Shown piece after piece: positions 8,596 to 17,763 of a DNA stretch of 24,000 bases (the first letter of the stretch is position 1; every line of letters begins with the position of its first letter). The stretch spans positions 30,717 to 54,716 of the forward strand of contig JAAURB010000012.1 in NCBI GenBank assembly GCA_012033335.1. The letters run 5' to 3'. The translations under genes and the position numbers were made by a program. Source of the stretch: Oscillatoriales cyanobacterium RM2_1_1. Lineage in GTDB: Bacteria > Cyanobacteriota > Cyanobacteriia > Cyanobacteriales > Microcoleaceae. The notes below the pieces were generated by a model. The model was not told where the DNA came from and ran no database searches. It saw only the letters and a program-made list of their open reading frames with translations.

Positions 8596-9216
8596 TCAAT
8601 AACTGGTAGCTGAACGTCCATAGCGCTTGAGTTTGATCACGACAAAGTAGCTGAAGAACATTACGTAAAATATCAGACCAGCCAGACCTAGAAGCCCTAG
8701 AAACTGCGGATTGAGATTGGGATGGAAAATTTCCCGATACATCCAGGTGGGTTCTAACCAGCCTAGACAGCTCTGATCCTGTAATAAATCTGGGGTTTCT
8801 GCAAAAGCACAATGGATCGATGGCAAAAACAAAACAGCACCAATCAAGTTCCAGGCAGTTATCGCCCATCGCCAGGAAGTGAAGCAGGTTTTCAACGGGG
8901 AAGCGGGCATCTCTTGAATCTCTTCATTGGCATCTACCCAGAACCATAGACCCACCGGAATCAAAATCCGAGCGGCGATCGCGGCCATAAATCCAACCGG
9001 AAGCGCCGCAATCATCAGGTAGACCGTAATCGCCAGTAAACTTGAGACTCGCCAGTAGGTGATCAGTAATCGTTGAATTACTTCGATTCGACGAATGAAT
9101 GCCCAGAGCAAGAGGATCAAGGGCATGATCACGGCAAACAGGACTGCCATTCGATAGTCTGCCCAGACCCAGGCATTGAGGTCGGGAAGTTTAGCCAGTA
9201 ATATAGTATTTAACAT
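8596..9216 (-). CDS. DUF3177-like cyanobacterial membrane protein
   Basis: MLNTILLAKLPDLNAWVWADYRMAVLFAVIMPLILLLWAF... with several TM segments. Track start 9276; internal Met at 9216 is a plausible start. Family call from memory. Confidence 0.7.
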   Translation of the reverse strand: MLNTILLAKLPDLNAWVWADYRMAVLFAVIMPLILLLWAFIRRIEVIQRLLITYWRVSSLLAITVYLMIAALPVGFMAAIAARILIPVGLWFWVDANEEIQEMPASPLKTCFTSWRWAITAWNLIGAVLFLPSIHCAFAETPDLLQDQSCLGWLEPTWMYREIFHPNLNPQFLGLLGLAGLIFYVMFFSYFVVIKLKRYGRSATSY

Positions 9217-9393
9217 CAACTCAAAATCCCCAGCCCATTCAATCAATTTAGACTCAAGCTTAAAAATAACTCTCAAACAAATCTAAAATAAAAGAAGGGA
9301 GCAAACTGGTTTGAATCGGTGTGCCAGTTGCCTCCCCCTATTAAACTGACCAATAGCCTGATCAATTTCCTTACAAAGTCAGATCAAAATCTT

Positions 9394-9621
9394 CTAATCT
9401 TCGTAAATTCTACACTCTGCTGCTTCTGGATTATTATCGCAGTAAGTTTCAAAGGAACTTTTTGGCTTACTTTGCTTTTGGTGGGCAGCTTCTGCTTGCA
9501 ATTCTTCAACAACATCCCAGGCTACAGCACAATCACCAGAAGTCCCACCTTGAGTATCACAGACAGTACGAGCTGCTTCCCGCTCCTGCTCAATCAAGTC
9601 TTCAATGTTTTTGTTTGTCAT
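9394..9621 (-). CDS. CP12, Calvin-cycle redox-regulatory linker of GAPDH and PRK
   Basis: C-x9-C pair in TVCDTQGGTSGDCAVAWDVVEELQAEAAHQ and C-terminal CDNNPEAAECRIYED, both diagnostic of CP12. Confidence 0.96.
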   Translation of the reverse strand: MTNKNIEDLIEQEREAARTVCDTQGGTSGDCAVAWDVVEELQAEAAHQKQSKPKSSFETYCDNNPEAAECRIYED

Positions 9622-10385
9622 AACTAATCTTACCTTGTGTAGTACATCTTTACATCTATCCTCTGTGATAGCTCAGATCCAAGGCAGAACCATACATTTC
9701 TTTTGATCTTTTAAGGTTTGCTGAGGTTCAGAGGATAGGGTTCTTAACAAGTTTCAAACTCGACTTGCCCTTGAATATGCTAGCATATCTGATCTTGAAT
9801 CCGCAGAGCGGTAATTCCTGATCACTGATTCTGAATGATTTATAGCGACTTTATAATCCCATGAGGTAGAGAGTTGAGGGGGGTTAACGCACTGCACTAC
9901 CTCCTTCTATGGGCCAGCAGCGTGAGAAATACAATACCCGGATCATCCCACATAATTCATGAATCCCTATAGTCTGAATCATCCCAAATCCAAAGACGTA
10001 GGGGTTCTATCTAGTTGAGGTATAGGTTTTGAACTTTCTGTTTCCGACGGCCAATGCTAGAAAGACTTCAAAATTATAATTTCTGAGGAATGGATAGTCA
10101 GGGTTCCTATGTATCGATGACGAATTGATCAGATTCACGATAATTGCAACCCACTTCAGCTTGACTTTTTTGACAAAAAGGTTGACGTTAAACTCTAATT
10201 GGCGGATAGTGGTAATCAAACCTGAAAAAAATTGATAGTTTTATTTCTCTATTTCCTACTCTCAATTTTGAGGTTAACCCTTATTAAACAAGAGACTACT
10301 AAAGTTTTTAATTCATTTCTCGTCCCACGAATAATACTTTAACTCGATCTTTGACTCCATTCTCAACTTCTTCTGATGGTAGCTT

Positions 10386-12125
10386 ATGGCAACGGAAAAA
10401 CCCCTCGGTTCTATCATTCAAGGCTCCTTAACTAAAGGTCTAGAAGTGCGATTGCATCCTGATATCTCTGTAGAAGAGATGCGAGTAGGGAAGTTTTTGA
10501 TTGTCCGGGGCGTGCGATCGCGGTTTTTCTGTCTATTGACGGATGTTGCCCTGGGAACCGCCAGCCCTCGGATTCTCAGCAATCCGCCGCGACCTGAGGA
10601 TGACTTCATGCAGGCGGTGCTGGCGGGGAGCAGCACCTATGGGACTATCGAGCTGAGCCCGATGCTAATGCTAAATCAGGATCTCCCCGATGACCTGGAT
10701 TTGCGAGAATTGATCGCCCAGGAAAATGCCGCAGCCTCCCAACCTGGACGTAGTACTTTGGCCTCCTATCAACCTCAGACAAGCGCCGCCATTCAGCTAC
10801 TCCCAGTCAAAACTATCCCCACCCACTTTTCCCAAGTCTATGAAGCCAGTGAGCGGGATTTTAGGGTGATTTTTGGCTGGGAGGACGATCCCCATCGCCG
10901 TAACTTTGCCATTGGTCAACCGATTGACATGGATGTTCCAGTCTGTATTGATCTGGATCGGTTTGTGGAGCGCAGCAACGGGGTATTCGGCAAGTCTGGA
11001 ACCGGAAAATCCTTCCTGACTCGATTGCTGTTGTCGGGCATTATCCGCAAAGATGCCGCCGTGAATCTGATCTTTGATATGCACTCTGAATATGGCTGGG
11101 AGGCGGTTTCAGAAGGCAAGAAGTTTAATACCGTTAAGGGGCTGCGGCAATTATTTCCGGGACGGGTGGAGGTGTACACCTTAGACCCCGACTCTGCTCG
11201 GCGGCGGGGTATTCGAGATGCCCAGGAGCTTTATCTGAGTTACAACCAGATTGAGGTGGAGGATCTGGCTTTAGTCCAGCGGGAATTAAACCTCTCAGAA
11301 GCCAGTCTCGACAGCGCCAATATTCTGCGGGGTGAATTTGGCAAGAACTGGATTGCCCAACTGATCGAGATGACCAACGAAGATATTCAGCTCTTCTGTG
11401 ATGAAAAACGGGGTCACAAGGGATCGATCATGTCCCTCCAGCGTAAGTTGCTGCGGTTGGACAACTTGAAATATATGCGACCGAGTTCTAAACAGAACTC
11501 CGTCGAACGGGTGATGGAATCTTTGGAAGCGGGCAAAAATGTGATTGTGGAATTTGGTTCTCAGTCGGATATGTTGTCCTACATGCTGGTGACAAACATG
11601 ATCACCCGACGGATTCACCAAGCCTATGTCCGGAAGGCCGAGAAGTTTCTTGCCTCTAAAAATCCCTGCGATCGCCCCCAACAGTTGGTCATTACCATTG
11701 AAGAAGCCCATCGATTTCTAGATCCAGCCATTGTCCGCTCGACGATCTTCGGCAATATTGCCCGGGAAATGCGGAAGTATTTTGTCACCTTACTAGTGGT
11801 GGATCAGCGACCTTCTGGCATCGATGCCGAGGTGATGTCCCAGATTGGTACCCGGATTACGGCGTTATTAAATGATGACAAAGACATTGAAGCGATTTTT
11901 ACTGGGGTTTCTGGGGGGCAGAGCTTGCGGTCTGTCTTGGCCAAGCTAGATTCTAAGCAGCAAGCCTTGGTGTTGGGCCATGCCGTGCCCATGCCGGTGG
12001 TAATTCGTACCCGGCTGTATGACGAACAGTTCTATCAGGAAATTGCTGATATCGACTGGGAGGAAATGTCCGATGAAGCAGTATTGGAGGCGGCGGTGAC
12101 GGCCAAGAGTGATCTGGGATTTTAG
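10386..12125 (+). CDS. HerA/DUF87-type ATP-binding protein
   Basis: Walker A GVFGKSGTGKSFLTRLLL, Walker B-like QQLVITIEEAHRF, and VTLLVVDQRPSGIDAEVMSQIGTRI, typical of HerA/VirB4-FtsK-superfamily ATPases. Confidence 0.88.
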   Translation: MATEKPLGSIIQGSLTKGLEVRLHPDISVEEMRVGKFLIVRGVRSRFFCLLTDVALGTASPRILSNPPRPEDDFMQAVLAGSSTYGTIELSPMLMLNQDLPDDLDLRELIAQENAAASQPGRSTLASYQPQTSAAIQLLPVKTIPTHFSQVYEASERDFRVIFGWEDDPHRRNFAIGQPIDMDVPVCIDLDRFVERSNGVFGKSGTGKSFLTRLLLSGIIRKDAAVNLIFDMHSEYGWEAVSEGKKFNTVKGLRQLFPGRVEVYTLDPDSARRRGIRDAQELYLSYNQIEVEDLALVQRELNLSEASLDSANILRGEFGKNWIAQLIEMTNEDIQLFCDEKRGHKGSIMSLQRKLLRLDNLKYMRPSSKQNSVERVMESLEAGKNVIVEFGSQSDMLSYMLVTNMITRRIHQAYVRKAEKFLASKNPCDRPQQLVITIEEAHRFLDPAIVRSTIFGNIAREMRKYFVTLLVVDQRPSGIDAEVMSQIGTRITALLNDDKDIEAIFTGVSGGQSLRSVLAKLDSKQQALVLGHAVPMPVVIRTRLYDEQFYQEIADIDWEEMSDEAVLEAAVTAKSDLGF

Positions 12126-13765
12126 ATCTTATGACTATATTCCTCCTCGGTTGGACTCCCAACAAACTGGTTTGTAGCTTCCGCTAAATGCTTTTTTAGG
12201 GTGGTTTCCGGTAAGGGCCCGATTAGATGGCTCCAGGGGAGAACTTGCTCCAGGTTCCAGGTTTGATGGACGTAATAGTCCAAGGGCGGCAGTTTCCCTT
12301 TGAGTTCTTTGAATGCCCGACGATAACTGCCCAGGGAATCCCCGTAGTGGCGCACCAGTTCTAAAACCTGGGAAAGACGGCGATCGCCTCTGGAAATCAA
12401 GGCTTGTACCACTGACCATTTGTAACTTTCTGGACGGAACTCGATGCCTTGGGGGCGCAATTGTTTTTCCAAAATTTTTAAGCGCTTTTCTGCCTCTGGA
12501 TTGACTCCAAACCATTGAAACGGAGTATGGGCCTTGGGCACAAAGGTACTGCAGCCCAGGGTTAATCTCAGGCCAGGGGCGGCTTGTTTGAGCTGCTGCA
12601 TCAGCTCCAGAGTAGCGGTAATATCCTCGGATTCTTCCCCGGGAATCCCCACCATGCCATAGAGCTTCATGGCCTGTAAGCCTCCAGCCTTGGCGTTGAT
12701 GGCCGCTTGAATAATCTCCTCGGTCTGAAGCTTTTTGTTAACGATTTCCCGCAGGCGATCGCTGCCACTTTCCACCGCAATTGTAATGCTGCGGGTGTCT
12801 CGTTGGGCCAAGGTTTCAGCCAGTTTAACCGTGACAGTGTTGGTGCGAACGGAGGCAATGCTGAGGCGGATGCCGTCATATTTAGGCTGTTTGAGATGAT
12901 CCAGCAGGGCTGTAAATTCCGGGTGCTGGGTGACTGAGGCCCCTAGAAGTCCGATCCGTTGGGTAACCGTCAGTCCCCGATCAATGGCAGGAATCAGAGA
13001 ATCGCTGAGGCTGGCAGTTCTAAAGGGCAGGGTTAGGTAGCTGGCCAGACAGAAGCGACACATCTCCGGGCAACTGCGAACTACTTCCACCATATAGATA
13101 TTTTCCCAGGCTGCCTTGTCCGTGACCACGGTGGAGGCGAGGAGAGTATTACTGCGATAGGTTTGTTTGTGGACTTGGGCTGGGATTTTTGAGTCAAGGG
13201 GACAAATTTCCTGAATCTCCTCTGTCCCAGAGTGATAGATCACCTGGTATAAGCTGGGTACATAGATGCCAGGAACTTGGGCTAAATGCCTGAGCTGGGT
13301 TTTGCGATCCCCATAACGTACCTGTTGATAAGCCTCTATGAAGGCTCCCAATAAATCCTCTCCATCCCCTAGCAAAATCAGATCAAAGAAATCGGCAAAG
13401 GGCTCCGGATTAGCGGTCAATACTGGCCCACCCCCAAAAACCAGGGGATCAGATTGACTTCGTTGATTGGCCCGCAGGGGAATTTCTAACTGTTCAAGCT
13501 GGCTGAGAATGTTGCTGTAGTCCAGTTCCCAGGAAAAGGAAAACCCCACCAGTTCGGGCTGAGATCGCAAAGGTTCGTGGATGTCCGTAAATAGCCGACT
13601 GACCTGAACCTCAGAACGTAATGCCAGAGTGGCCCACACTACTTGATATCCCAAACTGGTAATCCCAACGGTGTATTCGTTGGGAAACGCCAGAATTACT
13701 GGAATTGCATCAGGAGCAGGAGTTGCTGGGGTAAAAAGTAACCGTTCAGCGTTAAAGACAGTCAA
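12122..13765 (-). CDS. Radical SAM protein with N-terminal B12-binding-like domain
   Basis: SCPEMCRFCLASY is the CxxxCxxC cluster; upstream SLGYQVVWATLA...LVGFSFSWELDYSN...LVFGGGPVLTANPEPFADFFDLILLGDGE is typical of B12-binding radical SAM proteins. Confidence 0.9.
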   Translation of the reverse strand: MTVFNAERLLFTPATPAPDAIPVILAFPNEYTVGITSLGYQVVWATLALRSEVQVSRLFTDIHEPLRSQPELVGFSFSWELDYSNILSQLEQLEIPLRANQRSQSDPLVFGGGPVLTANPEPFADFFDLILLGDGEDLLGAFIEAYQQVRYGDRKTQLRHLAQVPGIYVPSLYQVIYHSGTEEIQEICPLDSKIPAQVHKQTYRSNTLLASTVVTDKAAWENIYMVEVVRSCPEMCRFCLASYLTLPFRTASLSDSLIPAIDRGLTVTQRIGLLGASVTQHPEFTALLDHLKQPKYDGIRLSIASVRTNTVTVKLAETLAQRDTRSITIAVESGSDRLREIVNKKLQTEEIIQAAINAKAGGLQAMKLYGMVGIPGEESEDITATLELMQQLKQAAPGLRLTLGCSTFVPKAHTPFQWFGVNPEAEKRLKILEKQLRPQGIEFRPESYKWSVVQALISRGDRRLSQVLELVRHYGDSLGSYRRAFKELKGKLPPLDYYVHQTWNLEQVLPWSHLIGPLPETTLKKHLAEATNQFVGSPTEEEYSHKI

Positions 13766-13844
13766 ACTAAGTTAATTAGATTCAAAACCAAACTAAATCG
13801 TTAAAAAGAGTTAAACAGGGATGGTTGCAACATCATGTTAGGAG

Positions 13845-14099
13845 CTAACCATATTTTAACTTAAACCCCAGGATTGTTGAAGCCAGAATCAAAGTCACCA
13901 GGTTGGCAATCATAATCGGAATATCCTGGAGTAAAAAACCGTAAATGAGCCAGAGGAATACCCCCAGGCAGAAAATCACAAACATTTCCAGGGAAACATC
14001 CTCAGCGGATTTGCTTTTCCAGGTCTTGATCACCTGAGGAATAAATGCCAGGGTCGTTAAGGTTCCAGCGAGTAACCCGATAGCGGTAATTAAAGTCAT
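13845..14099 (-). CDS. SemiSWEET / MtN3-saliva (PQ-loop) transporter
   Basis: MTLITAIGLLAGTLTTLAFIPQVIKTWKSKSAEDVSLEMFVIFCLGVFLWLIYGFLLQDIPIMIANLVTLILASTILGFKLKYG; PQ motif, three TM helices. Track start 14228 looks over-extended. Confidence 0.93.
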   Translation of the reverse strand: MTLITAIGLLAGTLTTLAFIPQVIKTWKSKSAEDVSLEMFVIFCLGVFLWLIYGFLLQDIPIMIANLVTLILASTILGFKLKYG

Positions 14100-14303
14100 A
14101 AAAACCCGGAAACATTTAAGCGTGCAACACTTACTTATTTTAGATGTTCGGAGAGTTCCCATCCAAGACAAAGATCCCAGCTTGCGATAAGTGGGATCTG
14201 ACTGGAATTGAATGCTTGATTTCAACAAGCCTGAAGTCTAAATGCCTGGGAACCTCAATCTCAAGCATTTATCTGGGCAGGGCCGGTTTAAAACCTCGGC
14301 TTC

Positions 14304-14423
14304 CTACATTGAAGAACCCATGCCCACATAGGAACCATAGAAAAATAGACCGACAACAACTAGAACACCTGTTCCAGCAACCGTTGCAACTAGCCACAAT
14401 GGAATTCGTGCTTGTCCAGACAC
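14304..14423 (-). CDS. psbJ: Photosystem II protein J
   Basis: Manual translation with GTG start: (M)[38 protein letters not shown]; 39 aa, canonical PsbJ. Not in ORF track. Confidence 0.96.
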   Translation of the reverse strand: MSGQARIPLWLVATVAGTGVLVVVGLFFYGSYVGMGSSM

Positions 14424-14475
14424 AGCGCTTACCTCGTTAAATCTGTTGACTTTAATGGGTTGACCTTAAACGTGT

Positions 14476-14599
14476 TAAGTAGCTTGACGCAATTAATTAG
14501 AAGACTAATATGGGGGTGAAGGGGATACTGCCCTTCTTGGGACTTCGCCCCCAACCCCCTTCCATTTAACAATTAATTACAACCACCTACTTAACTAGA
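14476..14599. mobile_element. MITE-like interspersed repeat, copy A (between psbL and psbJ)
   Basis: Shares TAAGTAGCTTGA, AATTAATTA, CCCCCTTCCATT and TTACAACCAC in the same order with copy B. Ends form an imperfect inverted repeat (TAAGTAG...AATTAATT / AATTAATTAC...CTACTTA). Confidence 0.7.
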
Positions 14600-14726
14600 A
14601 TTTGTTAACTTGAGCTTATTGATCTCAGGATAGCTAGAGCCTGTTAGCTCGATGCCAACTTGAGCATGTTAACGTTGAACTTATTCCGAGTAACTCAGGG
14701 TAGAGCCCTATACAAAGGGATTCCGG

Positions 14727-14846
14727 TTAGTTAAAGAAATAACTAGAAAATAAAATTCCTAGAACGAAAACCAGAAGTAAACCTAGATAAAGGGAAGTCC
14801 GGTTTAACTCAACAGGTTGACGATTTGGATTGGGTATTCTGTCCAT
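14727..14846 (-). CDS. psbL: Photosystem II protein L
   Basis: Manual translation: [39 protein letters not shown]; canonical PsbL. Not in ORF track. Confidence 0.97.
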   Translation of the reverse strand: MDRIPNPNRQPVELNRTSLYLGLLLVFVLGILFSSYFFN

Positions 14847-14855
14847 CAAAATCTC

Positions 14856-14993
14856 CTATCGCTGAATAAACTGCATGGCCGCGATCGCTCCCAGGAAAAA
14901 TACCGTGGGAACTCCTAAGGTATGAACAGCAAGCCACCGAACTGTAAAAATTGGGTAAGTTACTGGCTCATTTGAACTGGATCCACTTGTCAT
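14856..14993 (-). CDS. psbF: Cytochrome b559 beta subunit
   Basis: Manual translation: [45 protein letters not shown]; haem-ligand His in RWLAVH. Not in ORF track. Confidence 0.97.
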   Translation of the reverse strand: MTSGSSSNEPVTYPIFTVRWLAVHTLGVPTVFFLGAIAAMQFIQR

Positions 14994-15071
14994 TTGAACT
15001 AACCTCTCTTAACGACTCTCTAACAACTTTCTAATGACCAATTGACTAGGTTTTGACTACTTGTTAATGAA

Positions 15072-15320
15072 TTACTTATCAGTGAACTCATTAATCTGTT
15101 CCTTGCCACTGAATCGATCAGAAACAATTGGTAATTCCTGACGTTCCTGGGTGAAATATTCATTGGGGCGGGGAGTACCAAAAATATCATAGGCCAACCC
15201 AGTACTAACAAACAGCCAACCAGCAATAAACAAAGCTGGAATCGTAATGCTATGGATTACCCAATAACGAACACTGGTGATAATATCCCCAAAAGGACGC
15301 TCTCCCGTTGAACCTGCCAT
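15072..15320 (-). CDS. psbE: Cytochrome b559 alpha subunit
   Basis: [70 protein letters not shown]. Canonical start is 15320; the track ORF is over-extended to 15488. Confidence 0.97.
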   Translation of the reverse strand: MAGSTGERPFGDIITSVRYWVIHSITIPALFIAGWLFVSTGLAYDIFGTPRPNEYFTQERQELPIVSDRFSGKEQINEFTDK

Positions 15321-15651
15321 GTACTGTGATCCTCCAAAAGTTATCGACAAAAAAGCATTGAACGCAAAATGCAAACTGAAGTTATCCGACCAGGTTTCTA
15401 AATAAACTTCTGCCTCAGCAGAGCGTTTAGATATCTTCGCTTTATTAATAATATAATACGATGCTGAGATACTTCGTAACCCGCCCATCGGGATCTGACT
15501 TGAATTGTAAAGAGTATTAGGTATATTTATCTACCCGACTAGAAGCCTGCACTACAAACCTGGACAAACCCCTTGGGCTTACTCTGAATCACTTCAATTC
15601 CACCCCTGTTAAATCTCAACCATTATTAAGCGACCATTTTGAGCGGCAATT

Positions 15652-16677
15652 TCAGGCGGCAGCATCAGGAGCCATTCCGGTGTAACGGAGCAAAGTTCCC
15701 CGCTGGCCCAAAATAAACCCTTTCTCAGGGGAAATAAACTTGATCCGGTTAAAATTACCCGGAACTGCGCCGACATCATCATCCTTTTGCCAGGTTTCAC
15801 CCCCGTCCAGACTACAAATTAGAGTGCCGCTGCCTCCGCTAACCCAGATTTCCTCTGGGGTGCGATAGGCCAAATCTAAAAATCCCCAACTTGAAGCATA
15901 TTCAGGATTAATCGGTGAACTCCAGCCTTCTTCCCCTTCCGGGTCACTAAAGCGAAGTTCCCCTCCCCGGGCAATCATCCAAAGCCGACCATCTTTACCA
16001 AAGCCAATATTTTCTAGTCGCTTGGAACTGTAACGGTTATGGGGTTCCCAGGATTTTTCTCCAGGTTCCCAGGTCGAGTAGAAATTTCCTTTGGCTGAGA
16101 CCGTCACATATCGACCATCAGCCGCCCGAGAAACATTTCGAACTACCCCCACAGCATCTTCTACTAGCGCTTTCCAGGTTTGACCCCCATCTTGTGTGAC
16201 ATAGATCGCGCCAATATCAGTGGCCATCTCGGCTGAATTCTTGTCTAGGGCCACAATAGTGTAGGGAGCCCCAGGTAGCTTTTCACTTAGAACTGTTCGT
16301 GTCCAGGACTTGCCCTGATCGGTTGTATGCAAAAGAGTGGCTGGTTCACCTACAACCCAGCCCTCTGAACCCCGGAAACTGACGGAGTTGAATCGGACTT
16401 TTTCTTCCCCTAGATCTAAAACCTTGGCTTCCCAGGTTTTGCCTCCATCGGTTGTCTCCAGCAGAGTTGCCTCACTGCCAACAATCCAACCATGGTCAGA
16501 ATTCTCGATGAAGGCAACATCCAGGAGATTTCCAGTGGTTGCAACCGGGGTGAATTCCCAGGGATTGTAGGCCAGATCCGGCAAAAACTGACAACTGGTA
16601 CAGAGCAAAATCGCTATAAGGGCGATCGCTCCTTTTCTCAAAAACTGCATACTAAAAAACCGCATAAAATCTACCAT
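15652..16677 (-). CDS. ycf48: Photosystem II assembly lipoprotein Ycf48 (HCF136 homologue)
   Basis: Lipobox-like LIAILLCTSC; repeated motifs GWIVGSEATLLETTDGGKTW, GWVVGEPATLLHTTDQGKSW, IWVSGGSGTLICSLDGGETW. Exact start among three N-terminal Mets uncertain. Confidence 0.95.
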   Translation of the reverse strand: MVDFMRFFSMQFLRKGAIALIAILLCTSCQFLPDLAYNPWEFTPVATTGNLLDVAFIENSDHGWIVGSEATLLETTDGGKTWEAKVLDLGEEKVRFNSVSFRGSEGWVVGEPATLLHTTDQGKSWTRTVLSEKLPGAPYTIVALDKNSAEMATDIGAIYVTQDGGQTWKALVEDAVGVVRNVSRAADGRYVTVSAKGNFYSTWEPGEKSWEPHNRYSSKRLENIGFGKDGRLWMIARGGELRFSDPEGEEGWSSPINPEYASSWGFLDLAYRTPEEIWVSGGSGTLICSLDGGETWQKDDDVGAVPGNFNRIKFISPEKGFILGQRGTLLRYTGMAPDAAA

Positions 16678-16722
16678 TTCAACTTCATATACTCTTTTTC
16701 CGACTGTCCCCGAACTTCTAAC

Positions 16723-17057
16723 CTACTTAAGACCATACAAGCTCATGAAGAATAGGAATCCCAAAGCTAGGCCACCAAAGATCAATATACTCTTTGCTGG
16801 GCAGTCAAAGTATTTACCCCAAGTCCGTAGCCCAAATTCTCCTGAAACCCGGAAGGGCCTTCCTCAGAACCGAGGTTGGCAAACTGATTTTTAGGGGAAC
16901 CGCAGACCGGACAACGCCATTTTCCTGGAAGTTCCTCAAAGCTAGTCCCTGCCGGAATATTTCCCGTAGAGCTTCCCTTCTTGGGCTCATAAACATAGCC
17001 ACAAACCTTGCATTCATGCCGATCCAGTGCCTTCGTTTCAGTAGCGGATTCACTCAT
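16723..17057 (-). CDS. rubA: Membrane-anchored rubredoxin RubA, interrupted by an apparent 1 nt frameshift near 16793-16795
   Basis: MSESATETKALDRHECKVCGYVYEP...WRCPVCGSPKNQFANLG...LGYGLGVNTLTAQQ then, one frame over, SILIFGGLALGFLFFMSLYGLK* (C-terminal TM anchor). Precedes ycf48-psbEFLJ as is usual. Confidence 0.93.
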
Positions 17058-17072
17058 AAGATTCACTCATAA
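17047..17072. repeat. Perfect 13 bp tandem duplication (gattcactcataa x2) spanning the rubA start codon
   Basis: Read directly at 17047-17059 and 17060-17072; the rubA ATG is complementary to 17055-17057. Confidence 0.92.
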
Positions 17073-17343
17073 TAATTTGAGAATTGTTTGAGAGTCATAA
17101 TTTCAAGACATACCTTCTCAGCCACAACATTCCCCAGCCGAACCTTAAGGGCTTCATTAAACAATATTACAGAATCTCAGTGTCTTGATCAATGAAGCCA
17201 ACTTAATAGACTCAGGCGATCGCCCCTGGCCATTTTAATCAAATTTCTTCTGAGCAAATTCCTGCTATTGCCTCGGACTGAGATTGCCCAACCCCTATAT
17301 AATGTTAAGGACAGTTACAAGATGAAAAATCTCCTATCTTGCC

Positions 17344-17706
17344 ATGTTTGTTTTAACTGGCTACGAATATTTCCTGGGTTTCCTGCTGATTTGTAGCCTG
17401 GTTCCCCTGTTAGCGCTTGGCGCTTCCAAGGTGGTACGGCCTCAGAGTAGTGTAGGGTCTCGGACAACGACCTACGAGTCGGGCTGCGAACCGATTGGGG
17501 GAGCCTGGATTCAGTTCAATATTCGATACTATATGTTTGCCCTAGTGTTTGTAATTTTTGATGTAGAGACCGTGTTTCTATATCCCTGGGCGGTTGCATT
17601 TCATCAACTTGGACTTCTAGCGTTTATAGAGGCGTTAGTTTTTATTACCATCCTGGTCATTGCCCTAGTCTATGCCTGGCGAAAAGGTGCATTGGAATGG
17701 TCTTAG
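17344..17706 (+). CDS. ndhC: NAD(P)H-quinone oxidoreductase subunit 3
   Basis: [33 protein letters not shown]...[43 protein letters not shown]. Confidence 0.98.
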   Translation: MFVLTGYEYFLGFLLICSLVPLLALGASKVVRPQSSVGSRTTTYESGCEPIGGAWIQFNIRYYMFALVFVIFDVETVFLYPWAVAFHQLGLLAFIEALVFITILVIALVYAWRKGALEWS

Positions 17707-17763
17707 ATGAGAATTCTGAGCTGAGAATTGACGGCCAACTTTCACAATTAAGTTTTTAGTATT

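Noticed and set aside
9319-9627. ORF 9319-9627 (+) opposite cp12
   Set aside because: CP12 on the - strand is unmistakable; the + frame is a shadow ORF.
10007-10219. ORF 10007-10219 (-) in the cp12-ATPase spacer
   Set aside because: Short, no motif, no ribosome-binding evidence; the ~760 bp spacer may hold regulatory sequence but I cannot support a gene.
10386-12125. HerA-type ATPase as part of a defence island
   Set aside because: Neighbours are cp12 and a radical SAM gene; no nuclease, SIR2, DUF4297 or other effector is adjacent.
10418-12504. Several short - strand ORFs (10418-11711) and + strand ORFs (12135-12515) over the ATPase and radical SAM genes
   Set aside because: Antisense shadows of strongly supported coding sequences.
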